64,000 bases of DNA from Deinococcales bacterium (GCA_043778225.1 JAYWGM010000051.1:24861-88860), one strand, 5' to 3'; shown: positions 10,901 through 20,582, counted from the first letter of the stretch. Translations and numbers: made by a program. The notes: generated from the letters alone by a model not told the origin.

Positions 10901-11349
10901 GTGTTTGGACAACCTTACCGAACATCTCTGCAAATGGTGTTCCAGCCCTCGGCATCAGTGCAGCAGGTGTTGCTACCACAACGGTTTACAGCAACCGAAG
11001 CAGTTTGGCTGGTCAAGGGCAATACCAAGCCAGAACGATTGGCGCATTAGACGCGGCTTGGAGTGCGCCAACGGTGCTACTGCAAAACGATGGCGGTGGT
11101 AACGACATCAAACTTGCAATGAACCCAAGCGGTGATGCCGCTACCGTATTTTGGACTGGACTTGGCTTTCAATTCGCCTCGCGTTCCTCGAGCGGCAACA
11201 CATGGGCAGCCACCAGCAAAATCAGCGAATCAAACAGTGCTTCAACCGTCAGCCTAGACAACAACGGGCAAGCCTTGATGGTACGCACAGTCAAGCAAAC
11301 AGCACCTGATGTGTCCATCCTCGAGTATCAACGTATCAGTGTTCGCTGA
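7945..11349 (+). CDS. large PKD-domain surface lipoprotein (paralogue 1)
   Basis: GAGGAG RBS; lipobox LLAC; PKD domain (WDFGD); carboxypeptidase-regulatory-like domain; THFSIWN motif; repeated beta-rich domains. Confidence 0.85.
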   Translation: MKNVVPKVMTSIAILVFGLLACTNPPAPPPANQIPVAAFTAAAPTVKAGDALLFTSSSSDPDGDVLTQSWDFGDDTRGGGPSIAHVFPSAGDFTVKLLVADGKGGSSSTTQSITVTAGAPLGADVTVIGTITDSAGVALAGVSVKRGSSILGTTDANGSATIAIPTGASQTLLLSKDGYVDQVLALEFPVSNDPSNGTFNAVLLTAGTVQTVNASTGGMLKAEDNAMLQLPAAGLETANGAPVTGDVQVSITPLDISNPDRARAFPGRLEAVTTTGEDVGIVSLGMTDFTLTQNGQEVNLKPGSSAKVHIPLYANVNLDGSPINLGDTMPLWSMSEKTGEWVQEGLGVVVDTGNGSRALEATVTHFSIWNGDKVFDDARPKPKCKTPNGVVVTNRFTKCYWYLKIKDLEENTEFGNSQIRPQNVPISRQPAWAEAGVTDFDVAPPQPFIVPANEKMDVSVCAEVDGKRYCASTVRTFASNSNDDLDIVMLPIETQPVTLPFDASKSISDGIIRRYELVTTSAPNLLSVRLEPTGNANVKVTIYNTVNTAIAVKSQTGNTPLDLTALLPTAGKYFVDVTPSDTSQGNVRTIIQTVGVEAVTLPFDAVRNVAKTQRLEFNALSSEIVTINLDRTQGSTLSATARLFDGNGTALTTGTVNTTALTLEKPLLISGKHILEIAPTGGSSGDARVRISTRPNTGATWKPFYQVADTDILQSTLTKPCFASASNATGRTLMAWMEIKLNQSTLRVSQYDPVANSFNAATTLATNNSSPYRCQIAVSSNGDAMIVWWLRAGTNTKDIFWARRAVGSSAWSTPAILATASTNYLLNRPSELQLDANGNASLVWLEQHAQGTSSQLKTSRYNPATDTWTTSVLVAPVPETKLSIPSLSSDTAGNQMVLYRTANQGANSAYPSDGVYVQKYDLASSTWLAPTLVKATPAPFENQVTSDQITPMVLRIGAGGHAIAIWQEQIQGLDKYGSAKMNLSTGVWTTLPNISANGVPALGISAAGVATTTVYSNRSSLAGQGQYQARTIGALDAAWSAPTVLLQNDGGGNDIKLAMNPSGDAATVFWTGLGFQFASRSSSGNTWAATSKISESNSASTVSLDNNGQALMVRTVKQTAPDVSILEYQRISVR

Positions 11350-11360
11350 CTTCAATTCTC

Positions 11361-11393
11361 TTGAGGCTCGCGCCTGAAAAACTCGAGCCTCAA
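11361..11393. repeat. CTCGAG-based REP-like hairpin
   Basis: TTGAGGCTCG...CGAGCCTCAA inverted repeat; near copy at 15033-15061. Confidence 0.6.
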
Positions 11394-11445
11394 AGCCTGA
11401 TTCGCAATTTCGAGTTTAACGTGTTTGACAACATAACCCATTTTT

Positions 11446-11479
11446 CGCAACGCTGCCGCAACGCCTCTTTTTGTACGGT
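11446..11479 (+). promoter_or_regulatory. SARP-type activator site plus -10 box (duplicate of 7867-7900)
   Basis: CGCAACGC-tgc-CGCAACGC, 9 nt, TACGGT. Confidence 0.6.
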
Positions 11480-11520
11480 ATGCCTTAGAAAGTTCAAATT
11501 CAAGGAAACTCGAGGAGAAA

Positions 11521-14500
11521 ATGATGAAAAACGTTGTTCCAAAAGTCGTGACTGCCACAGCAATTCTGGTGTTTGGGTTGTTGGCGTGTACCAATCCACC
11601 ACCGCCGCCAGTAGCCAATAAAAATCCTGTAGCGGCGTTCACATCGGCTGCACCTACGATTAAAGCAGGGGACGCACTGCTGTTCACCAGTTCCTCGAGT
11701 GACCCTGATGGTGATGTTCTGACGCAATCTTGGGATTTTGGCGATTCTACCCGTGGCGGAGGCTCGAGTATCGCCCATGTCTACCCGAGTGCTGGGAGTT
11801 TTACCGTGAAGCTGACTGTGGGTGATGGCAAAGGCGGCTCGAGCAGTACAACCCAGAGCATTACCGTAACGGCTGGCGAACCTCTTGGCGCACCGCTCGA
11901 GGTCAGTGGTGAGATAACAGATACAAGCGGTTTACCACTGGCTGGTGTAGCCGTAAAACTAGGCTCGAGTACGCTAGGCACTTCGGATGCCAACGGAAAA
12001 GTCATGGTCAGTATTCCAACCGGACCTTCACAAACCCTAATGCTTTTTAAGGAAGGTTACACCGACCAAGTTGCAGCCCTTGAGTTTCCAATTGGCTCGA
12101 GAAGTAGCAATGCGTTCTTTAAGATGTCCATGCTGACCCAAGCACCTTCTCAGCCACTCAGTGCCACCACAGGCGGTGCAATAACTGCTAAGGACAATGC
12201 CAAACTCGAGATTCCAGCCAATGGACTCGAGACCCAAAATGGTACTCCAGTCACAGGAAATGTGCAGGTTAGCATTACACCGCTTGATGTCAGCAACTTG
12301 GCGGTACTAGCCGCCATGCCCGGACGACTCGAGGGCATGCAAACCGATGGCTCGAGTGCTGGGATTGTTTCGCTGGGCATGACCGATTTTTCTTTAAGCC
12401 AGAACGGTCAGGATTTGAACCTTAAACCCGGCTCGAGTGCCAAAGTACGAATTCCGTTGTATGCCGATACCGACGAAAGCGGCAAGGTACTGGTGCTGGG
12501 CGATACCATACCGCTTTGGTCTATGAGTGAAACCACGGGTGAATGGGTGCAAGAAGGCATTGGAACAGTGGTGGATGCTGGGAATGGCATCAAGGCACTC
12601 GAGGCGACAGTCACGCATTTTAGTTTATGGAATGCCGACCATATTTACGATGAGAATTTACAAAATCCCAGACCCAATCCGCCTTTGCCACCATTACCTG
12701 TGGTCAAGCCTAAATGCAAAATACCCCCCGAGATAGAAGCCCAGTTGGATACAGATGCTAAGAAAGCCGTATTTTGCTTATTTCTATCAGAAGCAGTGGA
12801 CATATTTGGTACTGATGGACCGAATCCAAATGGTGCATTGCGTCCACAAGCAACCACGCCACGCTTACCAGCTTGGTCAGCAAGGGCGACTCTGCCACTT
12901 GCAGGCGGTACAGACTTTGGGCTTGTACCTCCAAACAGAAAAATTAGGTACACCGCTTGTGTTTTTGTGATTGGCAAAGAGTTATGCGGTAGTGAAGTCA
13001 AAACATTACAACGCGGTACAACCACCGCATTCGATATTCTGATGCTACCCATTCAAGAAGAAACTGTAACCGTCCCGCTAGACATTACGCGCAGTCTGAC
13101 AAGTGCAAAAAGACGATTTACGTTTAATGTCACCATTCCAACTCAACTATTCTTTAGTCTCGAGCCGAGTGCTGGTTCGACCTTAAACGCCACAGTGGAT
13201 TTATTACAAGGAAATGACAAAGTTGTCTCAGGTAACATTGCATCAACCACTTTAACTTTTAATGCAGAGGTCGTAGCTGGCAAGTACACACTCGAGGTAG
13301 CGCCTTTGGCTGGGGCAACAGGTAATTTGCGAATTCAGATTCAACCAATTGTCAATGAAAGTATAACCTTACCGTTTGATTCGACCCGTGGTGTTACAAA
13401 AACCCAAAGATTTGAATTTGATTCTGCCACCAGCCCAAATGGTATTTCGGTCTTACTCGAGCGCGGTGCGGGTTCTGGCTTTACTGGCACAACTTCACTG
13501 TTTAATCCAACTGGCACGGTCATGGCTTCAGGTGCAATTGGTGCAACTGCGCTGAGTTTTGATGTGCAATTAAGCGCTACGGGTAAGCATATTCTCGAGG
13601 TTAAACCCGCGATTGGCTCGAGCGGTGATGTGCGAATCAAAATTGTCAGAAAAGACATTGCCAATACGATTGCTTTTGATACGGATTTAGATGTGCCTCA
13701 AGTTGCCAATAAGGTAGACATTTATAGCTTTAATGCCACTCAAGGGCAGCAAGTCAGCCTCGGTTTTGCATGGTCTCAAGGGGCTGGTTTTAGCAGCGAT
13801 TACCCTGGTTTACGCAAGCTCAATGCTGCAAACGGAATTGCTCCTAACAATGGTATTTACACTTTGCAAACGGCTGGTGTGTATCAAATTACAATCAAAA
13901 ACTTTGCAAACGCCACAGGAACATATCGGTTGCGTTTGAACACCGTTCAAAATTTAACTACCCTAAATACGCTTGACCCGCTAACCGAAATTACAACCTC
14001 GCTGAATCTGGGCGAAGTCAGGCGCTATGTTTTCAACCCACCACTGACTTTAGGCGAAGTTGTTGCGCTGCGCTTGGAAACCGCTTCGATTAACGCCCCA
14101 ACCAGTGCCTATTTTCGTGGATTTCCACAGTCTGGATTGGTGGGTAACAATCCAGTGTCCATAGAAGCTGGCAAAGCTCCACAAAGTAAATTGAGCGAAT
14201 TCACCTTTATCCCAATCAGCACCGATACTTACTGGTTGTATCTGGATGGAAACGGTTCTCAAAACTTCCCCGTAATCGGACAAATCGGTGGGCAGTTCAC
14301 ACTGGGTATTTTCAGACCATCAGCCCAAGCCTTGGCATTGGACTCGAGTGCATCGGGCAGCATCAACCCAAATACTTTGCTAACACATCGCGTCAATGTT
14401 TCTGTGGCTGGTTCGTACTTGTTGCGGGCAGTCATCGCGGCTCAAAACACGGTCACGGCAGACATCTGGAATTCGGATGCGCCAAGAATCGTGGGCAATC

Positions 14501-15021
14501 AGTACCTCGTGAACAAAGGGGAATTTGGCAGCCCGCTCAATTTCAGTGGCGCAGAGATAAAAGGCGGCTTAAAAGTTGGCAATCACACGATCACGATTCA
14601 CAACAAACGGATTGACAATAACAACCCAATCAACACACCAACCAATTACAACGTTTCGCTCGTCACGCTCGAGAATCCAACCGATTTAGCCATTGGTGCG
14701 CCCGCCGCGAATGGTCTGATAGATGTGGCTGGTGAACGCGATTACTACCGCTTTAACGCCACTGTTGGACAGGCATTCACGATTACCGCCACCAGTCCAG
14801 CCTTCACTGGCACAATCCGCATTCACAAACTCAGTGCCACCAAGGATTTTACGACCTTCGAGACCTTCAATATTCTTGGTGGTAATCCAGTCAAGGCACT
14901 CGGTACGCATACCTTCACCATTCCCAATGTGAGTTACGGCGGAACTGGCACGTACATCATCGAAATAGATGCGACTGCCGCTCAAACAGGCGCATACAGC
15001 GTGGCGCTGACCTCGCCGTAA
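11521..15021 (+). CDS. large PKD-domain surface lipoprotein (paralogue 2) with PPC-like C-terminal domains
   Basis: N-terminal about 370 aa closely paralogous to 7945-11349; THFSLWN motif; DIYSFNATQGQ and DYYRFNATVGQ PPC-like repeats. Confidence 0.85.
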   Translation: MMKNVVPKVVTATAILVFGLLACTNPPPPPVANKNPVAAFTSAAPTIKAGDALLFTSSSSDPDGDVLTQSWDFGDSTRGGGSSIAHVYPSAGSFTVKLTVGDGKGGSSSTTQSITVTAGEPLGAPLEVSGEITDTSGLPLAGVAVKLGSSTLGTSDANGKVMVSIPTGPSQTLMLFKEGYTDQVAALEFPIGSRSSNAFFKMSMLTQAPSQPLSATTGGAITAKDNAKLEIPANGLETQNGTPVTGNVQVSITPLDVSNLAVLAAMPGRLEGMQTDGSSAGIVSLGMTDFSLSQNGQDLNLKPGSSAKVRIPLYADTDESGKVLVLGDTIPLWSMSETTGEWVQEGIGTVVDAGNGIKALEATVTHFSLWNADHIYDENLQNPRPNPPLPPLPVVKPKCKIPPEIEAQLDTDAKKAVFCLFLSEAVDIFGTDGPNPNGALRPQATTPRLPAWSARATLPLAGGTDFGLVPPNRKIRYTACVFVIGKELCGSEVKTLQRGTTTAFDILMLPIQEETVTVPLDITRSLTSAKRRFTFNVTIPTQLFFSLEPSAGSTLNATVDLLQGNDKVVSGNIASTTLTFNAEVVAGKYTLEVAPLAGATGNLRIQIQPIVNESITLPFDSTRGVTKTQRFEFDSATSPNGISVLLERGAGSGFTGTTSLFNPTGTVMASGAIGATALSFDVQLSATGKHILEVKPAIGSSGDVRIKIVRKDIANTIAFDTDLDVPQVANKVDIYSFNATQGQQVSLGFAWSQGAGFSSDYPGLRKLNAANGIAPNNGIYTLQTAGVYQITIKNFANATGTYRLRLNTVQNLTTLNTLDPLTEITTSLNLGEVRRYVFNPPLTLGEVVALRLETASINAPTSAYFRGFPQSGLVGNNPVSIEAGKAPQSKLSEFTFIPISTDTYWLYLDGNGSQNFPVIGQIGGQFTLGIFRPSAQALALDSSASGSINPNTLLTHRVNVSVAGSYLLRAVIAAQNTVTADIWNSDAPRIVGNQYLVNKGEFGSPLNFSGAEIKGGLKVGNHTITIHNKRIDNNNPINTPTNYNVSLVTLENPTDLAIGAPAANGLIDVAGERDYYRFNATVGQAFTITATSPAFTGTIRIHKLSATKDFTTFETFNILGGNPVKALGTHTFTIPNVSYGGTGTYIIEIDATAAQTGAYSVALTSP

Positions 15022-15032
15022 GCAATTTACTC

Positions 15033-15061
15033 GAGGCTCGAGGATTGAAAACTCGAGCCTC
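15033..15061. repeat. CTCGAG-based REP-like hairpin
   Basis: GAGGCTCGAG-9 nt-CTCGAGCCTC perfect inverted repeat. Confidence 0.6.
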
Positions 15062-15076
15062 ACTTTAGGAGAACCC

Positions 15077-16507
15077 ATGAAACGATACGCGATTCTTTTT
15101 GGCATTGTTGCCCTTGCTGCTTGCACCCCACGACCAACCTCGAACATCACTGCCATCACCGTGACCGCTTCGCAAGTTGCACTGCGCGGCGGTAACTCGA
15201 GCCAATTGCAAGCCAATGTGTTTGGTGATGGTGCATTTGACCCAACCATCACTTGGATGCTCGAGCCAAGCGGCTTTGGGACGCTCTCGAGTGGTGCTGG
15301 GAATAGTGTTTTGTACACCGCTCCAACCAATAGCACTGGGCGAGTGGTGCGAATTACTGCCAGAAGCGTTGAAGCTGATAAGCGGCAACAGACCGTGTTT
15401 CTAAGTGTCAATCCAAGACAAGCCAGTCTTGCGGCTGGTGGCGCACATTCGCTTGCCCTAAAAAGCGATGGAACAGTGCTTTCATGGGGTTGGGATGGCG
15501 ATGGTCAACTCGGCGATAACCAAGCCCTCGAGCCAAAAGCCACACCCGTCAATGTCAATCCAGCCACTGGCATTGTAGCTATTGCAGCCGGTGGGAATCA
15601 TTCGCTTGCCTTGAAATCTGATGGGACGGTTTTGGCTTGGGGCAGAGACAATGCTGGTCAACTGGGTAATGATCTGGCACTCGAGGATAAACCCAAACCC
15701 GTTTCGGTCAGTGGTCTGACTGGTATCATTGCTATTTCGGCTGGGTATGCACATTCTTTAGCCTTGAAATCCAATGGCACAGTCTACGCTTGGGGTGATG
15801 ATGCCGACGGTCAACTGGGCGATGACCCTGTGTTACTCGAGCAACCTCTGCCCGTTTTGGTCAGTGGAGTCAATACCATTGTGGCAATTGCGGCGGGTGG
15901 CTCGCATTCCTTAGCCTTAAAGTCCGATGGCACTGTGCTGGCTTGGGGCAACGATGCCAATGGGCAACTTGGCAACGATGCGGCTTTTGCCAATAAGCGC
16001 ACTGCCGAAGCTGTCAGTGGTGCGACGGGTATTGTTGCGGTGTCCGCAGGAAATTCGTATTCGTTTGCAATAAAGTCCGATGGGTCTTTACTGGCGTGGG
16101 GCGATGACGAAAATGGTCAACTTGGCGATGGTGTTGTCAGTACCAATCAACCCACACCAGTAGCTGTGCCAGCCGCCAGTTTTATTGTGGCGGCTCAAGC
16201 TGGACGCGCCCATTCGCTTGCCTTAAAATCTGATGGCACGATGCTGGCATGGGGCAGTGATACCAATGGACAACTCGGTGATGACGCAGCACTGGTTTCT
16301 CGAGCCATCCCCAAAGCTGTTGCACTGGCTGAAGGTGTTGTGGCGATTGCTGTGGGTAATCGGCATTCTTTGGCGCTGAAACAGAATGGCACATTGCTGT
16401 CTTGGGGGGCTGACATCAACGGCGAACTTGGCGACGACATCGCACTCGAGAATAAACCTCTGCCTGTTTCGGTGCTGCTCGGGGCAAACATCATTCGTCT
16501 ACCTTAG
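15077..16507 (+). CDS. RCC1/BLIP-II beta-propeller lipoprotein with N-terminal Ig-like domain
   Basis: lipobox LAAC; seven repeats of AAGxxHSLALKSDGTVxxWG..GQLG. Confidence 0.92.
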   Translation: MKRYAILFGIVALAACTPRPTSNITAITVTASQVALRGGNSSQLQANVFGDGAFDPTITWMLEPSGFGTLSSGAGNSVLYTAPTNSTGRVVRITARSVEADKRQQTVFLSVNPRQASLAAGGAHSLALKSDGTVLSWGWDGDGQLGDNQALEPKATPVNVNPATGIVAIAAGGNHSLALKSDGTVLAWGRDNAGQLGNDLALEDKPKPVSVSGLTGIIAISAGYAHSLALKSNGTVYAWGDDADGQLGDDPVLLEQPLPVLVSGVNTIVAIAAGGSHSLALKSDGTVLAWGNDANGQLGNDAAFANKRTAEAVSGATGIVAVSAGNSYSFAIKSDGSLLAWGDDENGQLGDGVVSTNQPTPVAVPAASFIVAAQAGRAHSLALKSDGTMLAWGSDTNGQLGDDAALVSRAIPKAVALAEGVVAIAVGNRHSLALKQNGTLLSWGADINGELGDDIALENKPLPVSVLLGANIIRLP

Positions 16508-16582
16508 CGCTTTTGCTCGAGTTTTCATGACAGCCAATTCCTAAGGACACCTAGGCTGCCAATTCTCGAGTAGATTGCAGAG

Positions 16583-16939
16583 GTGTACAAATTCAAAGGC
16601 TGGCAATGGGGACTGATTATTGGTGGTCTGATGCTGTACTTTGTTTTTATCACTTTTCAGGTTTACGGCAATTTCTATCTGGGCTATCCACCCTACACCC
16701 CAGCTTTTTTAAGCCACACCAAACGCCCACTCGAGCGCACTTTTGAACTGGCAAAACCAAGCAGTTTGCGGGTCTGGGGAACATTGCAGCAGGGGCGTAT
16801 CAGCTTAAAAATAAATAAAATAACCAAGCGCGAATGGGTGGACGACTTTGACCTGCGCCTGACTTTAGCGGCTGGTACACAAAATCTGCGGATTGAAATG
16901 CAGGAAGCCACAGGGGTCTTAAACTATACCCTCGAGTAA
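16583..16939 (+). CDS. hypothetical membrane-anchored protein
   Basis: one N-terminal TM helix; TAGATT -10 box 6 nt before GTG. Confidence 0.7.
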   Translation: MYKFKGWQWGLIIGGLMLYFVFITFQVYGNFYLGYPPYTPAFLSHTKRPLERTFELAKPSSLRVWGTLQQGRISLKINKITKREWVDDFDLRLTLAAGTQNLRIEMQEATGVLNYTLE

Positions 16940-16955
16940 AAGGTAGACTGCCCTC

Positions 16956-17696
16956 ATGACCATCAGCGCAGTTGTCCTCGGTGGAGGACACCCCAACGAC
17001 CCACTGGCACAACAAGCCAATGTTTCTGTTAAGGGCTTAATCCCGATTGCAGGGCAAGTCATGGCGGCGTATGTCCTCAAAGCCCTGCGGGCGGGTGGTG
17101 TGACCAAAATTATTTATGTCGGCGCAGTCAGTGCCGAACTCGAGCCACTGATTGACCTTCACATTGCCGCCAAAGGCACGATGCTTGAGAATCTACAAGC
17201 TGGACTCGAGCCGCTTCAACTCGAGCCTCGGGTGCTGATTTCGACCGCCGATATTCCCTTGTTAAGCCAAGCTGCGGTCAAAGATATTCTGGCTCGAGAC
17301 CCCAAAATTGGTTTGGTCTATCCTGTGGTCTCTAAAATAGCTGCCGAACGCGATTTTGCTGGCGGCAAGCGCACCTATGCTCGCTTGCTTGAGGGAACAT
17401 TTACGGGCGGTAATCTTTTTTTACTCGAGCCAAGTTTGATTGCGGCTTTTTTGCCGCGCCTCGAATACATTCTTAAAAACCGTAAAAACGTGATTGCCTT
17501 GGCTGGAATGTTTGGGCTTGGCGCACTTTTTAAGCTGGCTATTGGGCGTTTAAGTATTACCGAACTCGAGCAGACCGTCTCGAGAATTTTAGGTGTTCCC
17601 GCCAAGGCACTGATTACCGATTTTGCCGAAATTGGCTTTGATGTTGATAAGCCCGCCGATTTAGCGATTGTTCTCGAGCATCTGGGGAGGCGCTAA
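16956..17696 (+). CDS. MobA-like NTP transferase
   Basis: AVVLGGG ... KGLIPIAG, TADIPLL and C-terminal FDVDKPADL motifs. Confidence 0.85.
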   Translation: MTISAVVLGGGHPNDPLAQQANVSVKGLIPIAGQVMAAYVLKALRAGGVTKIIYVGAVSAELEPLIDLHIAAKGTMLENLQAGLEPLQLEPRVLISTADIPLLSQAAVKDILARDPKIGLVYPVVSKIAAERDFAGGKRTYARLLEGTFTGGNLFLLEPSLIAAFLPRLEYILKNRKNVIALAGMFGLGALFKLAIGRLSITELEQTVSRILGVPAKALITDFAEIGFDVDKPADLAIVLEHLGRR

Positions 17697-17751
17697 AGCC
17701 GCTTGCCCACAAAAGTACACAAAACGGTGCTTATTGTGGCAAAATGGTTTT

Positions 17752-18576
17752 ATGAATCTAGCAGCCTTTATGGGTGAGTTCAAAGCCGAAGCCTATGACC
17801 ACCTTGAAAAGTTGGATCAAGGTTTGTTGCAACTCGAGCGTGACCCCAGCAACCACCAACTGATTCGTGGCTTATTTTTAAGTATGCACACGATTAAGGG
17901 TGGCGCAAGTATGCTCGAGCTTAAAGCCTTAAAGCACCTGACCCACGCCTTTGAGGATGTACTGGCGCGACTTCGTGACCAAGGCGAAGCCTGTGACTCG
18001 AGTACCGCCACGCTGCTTTTGCGGGCTTTGGACATGGTGCGAGAAATTATTGACACCGACCCCAATATGGCAACCATGCCGCCTGCCGTTGAGGACATGA
18101 CCGCTAAACTGCGGACTCGCGCCAGTGGAGTAATTGTGACGCTCGAGCCAAGCAGTTCGTTAAGTGGTCTCAAGGTTTCGTTGGTCGATGCTCCTGTACC
18201 AGCCGAGGTGGCAGCCCTGACCAAATCAAATCTGGCGTTGCTGCTTGAGCCTTCCGAAACCGCCCGCACGGTCATGACCCAACAACTCCAAGAAGCCGGC
18301 TGGACAGTTCAGGGCTTTAGCCACCTCGAGGAATTTCAAGCCAAAGTTTCGATGGCTGGTTTATTGGTTGTGCCACTCGAGCCAAGCGGTGGGATAGATG
18401 GTCTGGCATTGGCTCGAGACTGGCTGGCATTTGGCACAAAAACCCCGATTTTAATTACCGCCCTCGAACTCAGCAGCGCCCAAGAAGCCGATGTAAAAAC
18501 CCTTGGGGTACAGTATCTGCCAAAACCAAGTTGGCGCGAGACCCACTTAACCGACTTGGCGAGGAGCTTAGCGTGA
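17752..18576 (+). CDS. CheA-like Hpt domain fused to a degenerate receiver domain
   Basis: F..EA.DHL ... LFLSMHTIKGGA Hpt motif; C-terminal REC fold with Pro at the expected phospho-Asp position. Confidence 0.8.
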   Translation: MNLAAFMGEFKAEAYDHLEKLDQGLLQLERDPSNHQLIRGLFLSMHTIKGGASMLELKALKHLTHAFEDVLARLRDQGEACDSSTATLLLRALDMVREIIDTDPNMATMPPAVEDMTAKLRTRASGVIVTLEPSSSLSGLKVSLVDAPVPAEVAALTKSNLALLLEPSETARTVMTQQLQEAGWTVQGFSHLEEFQAKVSMAGLLVVPLEPSGGIDGLALARDWLAFGTKTPILITALELSSAQEADVKTLGVQYLPKPSWRETHLTDLARSLA

Positions 18577-19538
18577 TTGAAGAGCGACGAATCCTGATTA
18601 TCGAAGACAGTTTGCTGATGCGTAATCTGCTGGTTGGCTTACTCGATGGGGCTGGTTATGGCGATATTCGGGCGGTTGGAACACTCGAGCAGGGTCTGCG
18701 CTTACTTGGTTTACGCAGCGAACCGGGCGAACATTTTAATTTAATTTTGATGGATAAATTACTGCCCGATGGTGACGGCATTGACGGAATCCGAGAAATC
18801 CGCCAAGTGCCACACCTGACCGAAAAACCAATTATTGTCGTGACGGGTTTTGACGACCGCGAAACGTTGCGTGAAGCCTTTGACGCTGGTGCAAGCGACT
18901 TTATCAATAAGTCCTTTGATGAAACCGAATTGTTGGCTCGAGTCCGCAGTGCCTTGCGTTTGGATGCTGCCATCGAAGCTGCCAAAGAACGCGAAGCTGA
19001 TTTGCGCCGTTTAACCCGTGAACTCGAGAAACTGTCGTATACCGATGGTCTGACCAAAGTCACCAACCGCCGTGGTTTTGACGCGGCGCTCGAGCGGGCT
19101 TGGAATGAGAGTTTGGAGCGCCGTAAGCCTTTAAGTGTCGTGATGCTCGATGTTGACCATTTTAAGAAGTACAACGATTCGCTTGGACACCAGCAGGGCG
19201 ATGAATGCCTCAAAGCCGTGGCTCAGGCACTCGAGCAGCAAGTTGATGCCAGTGGCGAAGCCCATATGTTGGCTCGTTATGGCGGTGAAGAATTTGCCGC
19301 GATTTTACGGTGCAATGCCAGCACGGCGCAGTATATTGCCGAAAAACTGCGCTCGAGTATCCAAGAATTAGAATTGGTACATCCCAATTCGACGGTCGGC
19401 AGTTTTGTCAGCATCAGCGTTGGGCTAACGACGTTAATTCCCGACGAACACAACAACGCCGCCAACTTAATTGCCACTGCCGATTCAGCCTTGTATCAAG
19501 CCAAGAACACTGGGCGCAATCGTGTGGTGGTGAAATAA
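18573..19538 (+). CDS. REC-GGDEF diguanylate cyclase (PleD/WspR-like)
   Basis: ILIIEDS ... LILMDKLLPDGDG receiver; DGLT..NRR, DVDHFKKYND, RYGGEEF, GRNRV. Confidence 0.92.
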   Translation: MIEERRILIIEDSLLMRNLLVGLLDGAGYGDIRAVGTLEQGLRLLGLRSEPGEHFNLILMDKLLPDGDGIDGIREIRQVPHLTEKPIIVVTGFDDRETLREAFDAGASDFINKSFDETELLARVRSALRLDAAIEAAKEREADLRRLTRELEKLSYTDGLTKVTNRRGFDAALERAWNESLERRKPLSVVMLDVDHFKKYNDSLGHQQGDECLKAVAQALEQQVDASGEAHMLARYGGEEFAAILRCNASTAQYIAEKLRSSIQELELVHPNSTVGSFVSISVGLTTLIPDEHNNAANLIATADSALYQAKNTGRNRVVVK

Positions 19539-19563
19539 CTGCTCAAAAGCGTTAGCATAAGCC

Positions 19564-19857
19564 ATGTTCTCTTTTTTCAAAAAACGCCAAACCACGCCCC
19601 AATTCTTAAAATTCGATGGGCAGAATGCTTATCGGGTGCGTGTCCGTACCGCCAAACGCGGCGAGATTGTCGAGATTCGCTTTACCCGCAGTGGCGACAT
19701 CTCGAGTGATGCGGGCGGTTATTATGTGCGTAAGGGCGTGGTCGGACCGACCAGTTTTGACCGTGCGACCCTCGAGATTCGTTTTAGCAGTGGCTACAGT
19801 AAACCAGTTATCACCATAGATGGCGGCGAAGCTGTACCAGTAGACCAGTGGGAATAA
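19564..19857 (+). CDS. hypothetical protein
   Basis: 97 aa ORF; TAGCAT -10 box directly upstream. Confidence 0.7.
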   Translation: MFSFFKKRQTTPQFLKFDGQNAYRVRVRTAKRGEIVEIRFTRSGDISSDAGGYYVRKGVVGPTSFDRATLEIRFSSGYSKPVITIDGGEAVPVDQWE

Positions 19858-19961
19858 GTCTCGAGCCGATGGCGGGTCTCGTGTCACCCTCGATGGCGGG
19901 TCTCGTGTCACCCCCGATGGCGGGTCTCGTGTCACCCCCGATGGCGAGTCTCGAGCCGATG
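19857..19961 (+). repeat. 3 x 24-bp tandem repeat bracketed by a duplicated AGTCTCGAGCCGATG
   Basis: unit CGATGGCGGGTCTCGTGTCACCC(C/T); in frame with rnhB (MAGLVSPP/S). Confidence 0.9.
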
Positions 19962-20582
19962 TGGAGTTTAGAAAGCCAGCACTGGGCAAATGGTTTCTGG
20001 TTAGTGGCTGGCATAGATGAAGCCGGACGTGGCGCATTGGCAGGACCGTTGGCGGTGGCAGCCGTAATCCTGCCGCCAGACCTAAAACCACGGGCATACC
20101 GAGATTCTAAAAAGCTCTCGAGCCAGCAACGACAAAAGTTAGCGTTCGAGATAAAGTGCGAAGCCTTGGCTTGGGCAGTCGAATTTGCAACGGCTGCCGA
20201 AATAGACCAGTACAATGTGCTACAAGCCACGCACCGTGCTGCCGCTCGAGCCATCAGCCAACTTAGCCCTAGCCCCGATGCTTTAATTACCGACTACTTA
20301 AAACTGCAAACCGATTTACCACTCTTTGCACCAGCCAGAGCCGACTCGAGCAGCTACAGTGTGGCGGCTGCCAGTATCTTAGCCAAGACGGCTCGAGATG
20401 AATACATGACTAGGCTGCACCAACAAAACCCAGAATATGGTTTTGCCCAGCACAAAGGTTATGGCTCGAGTCAGCACCTTTTAGCCCTCGAGCAGTGTGG
20501 CGTGACTGAACAACACCGAACAACCTTTGCGCCTGTGGCACTGCTTTTTGGTGGCTTATTTACAGCACCTCGAGAAACCTAG
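19959..20582 (+). CDS. rnhB: ribonuclease HII (start may lie upstream in the repeat, e.g. 19869)
   Basis: AGIDEAGRGALAGP, DSKKLS, VAAASILAK and HKGYG motifs. Confidence 0.95.
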   Translation: MWSLESQHWANGFWLVAGIDEAGRGALAGPLAVAAVILPPDLKPRAYRDSKKLSSQQRQKLAFEIKCEALAWAVEFATAAEIDQYNVLQATHRAAARAISQLSPSPDALITDYLKLQTDLPLFAPARADSSSYSVAAASILAKTARDEYMTRLHQQNPEYGFAQHKGYGSSQHLLALEQCGVTEQHRTTFAPVALLFGGLFTAPRET

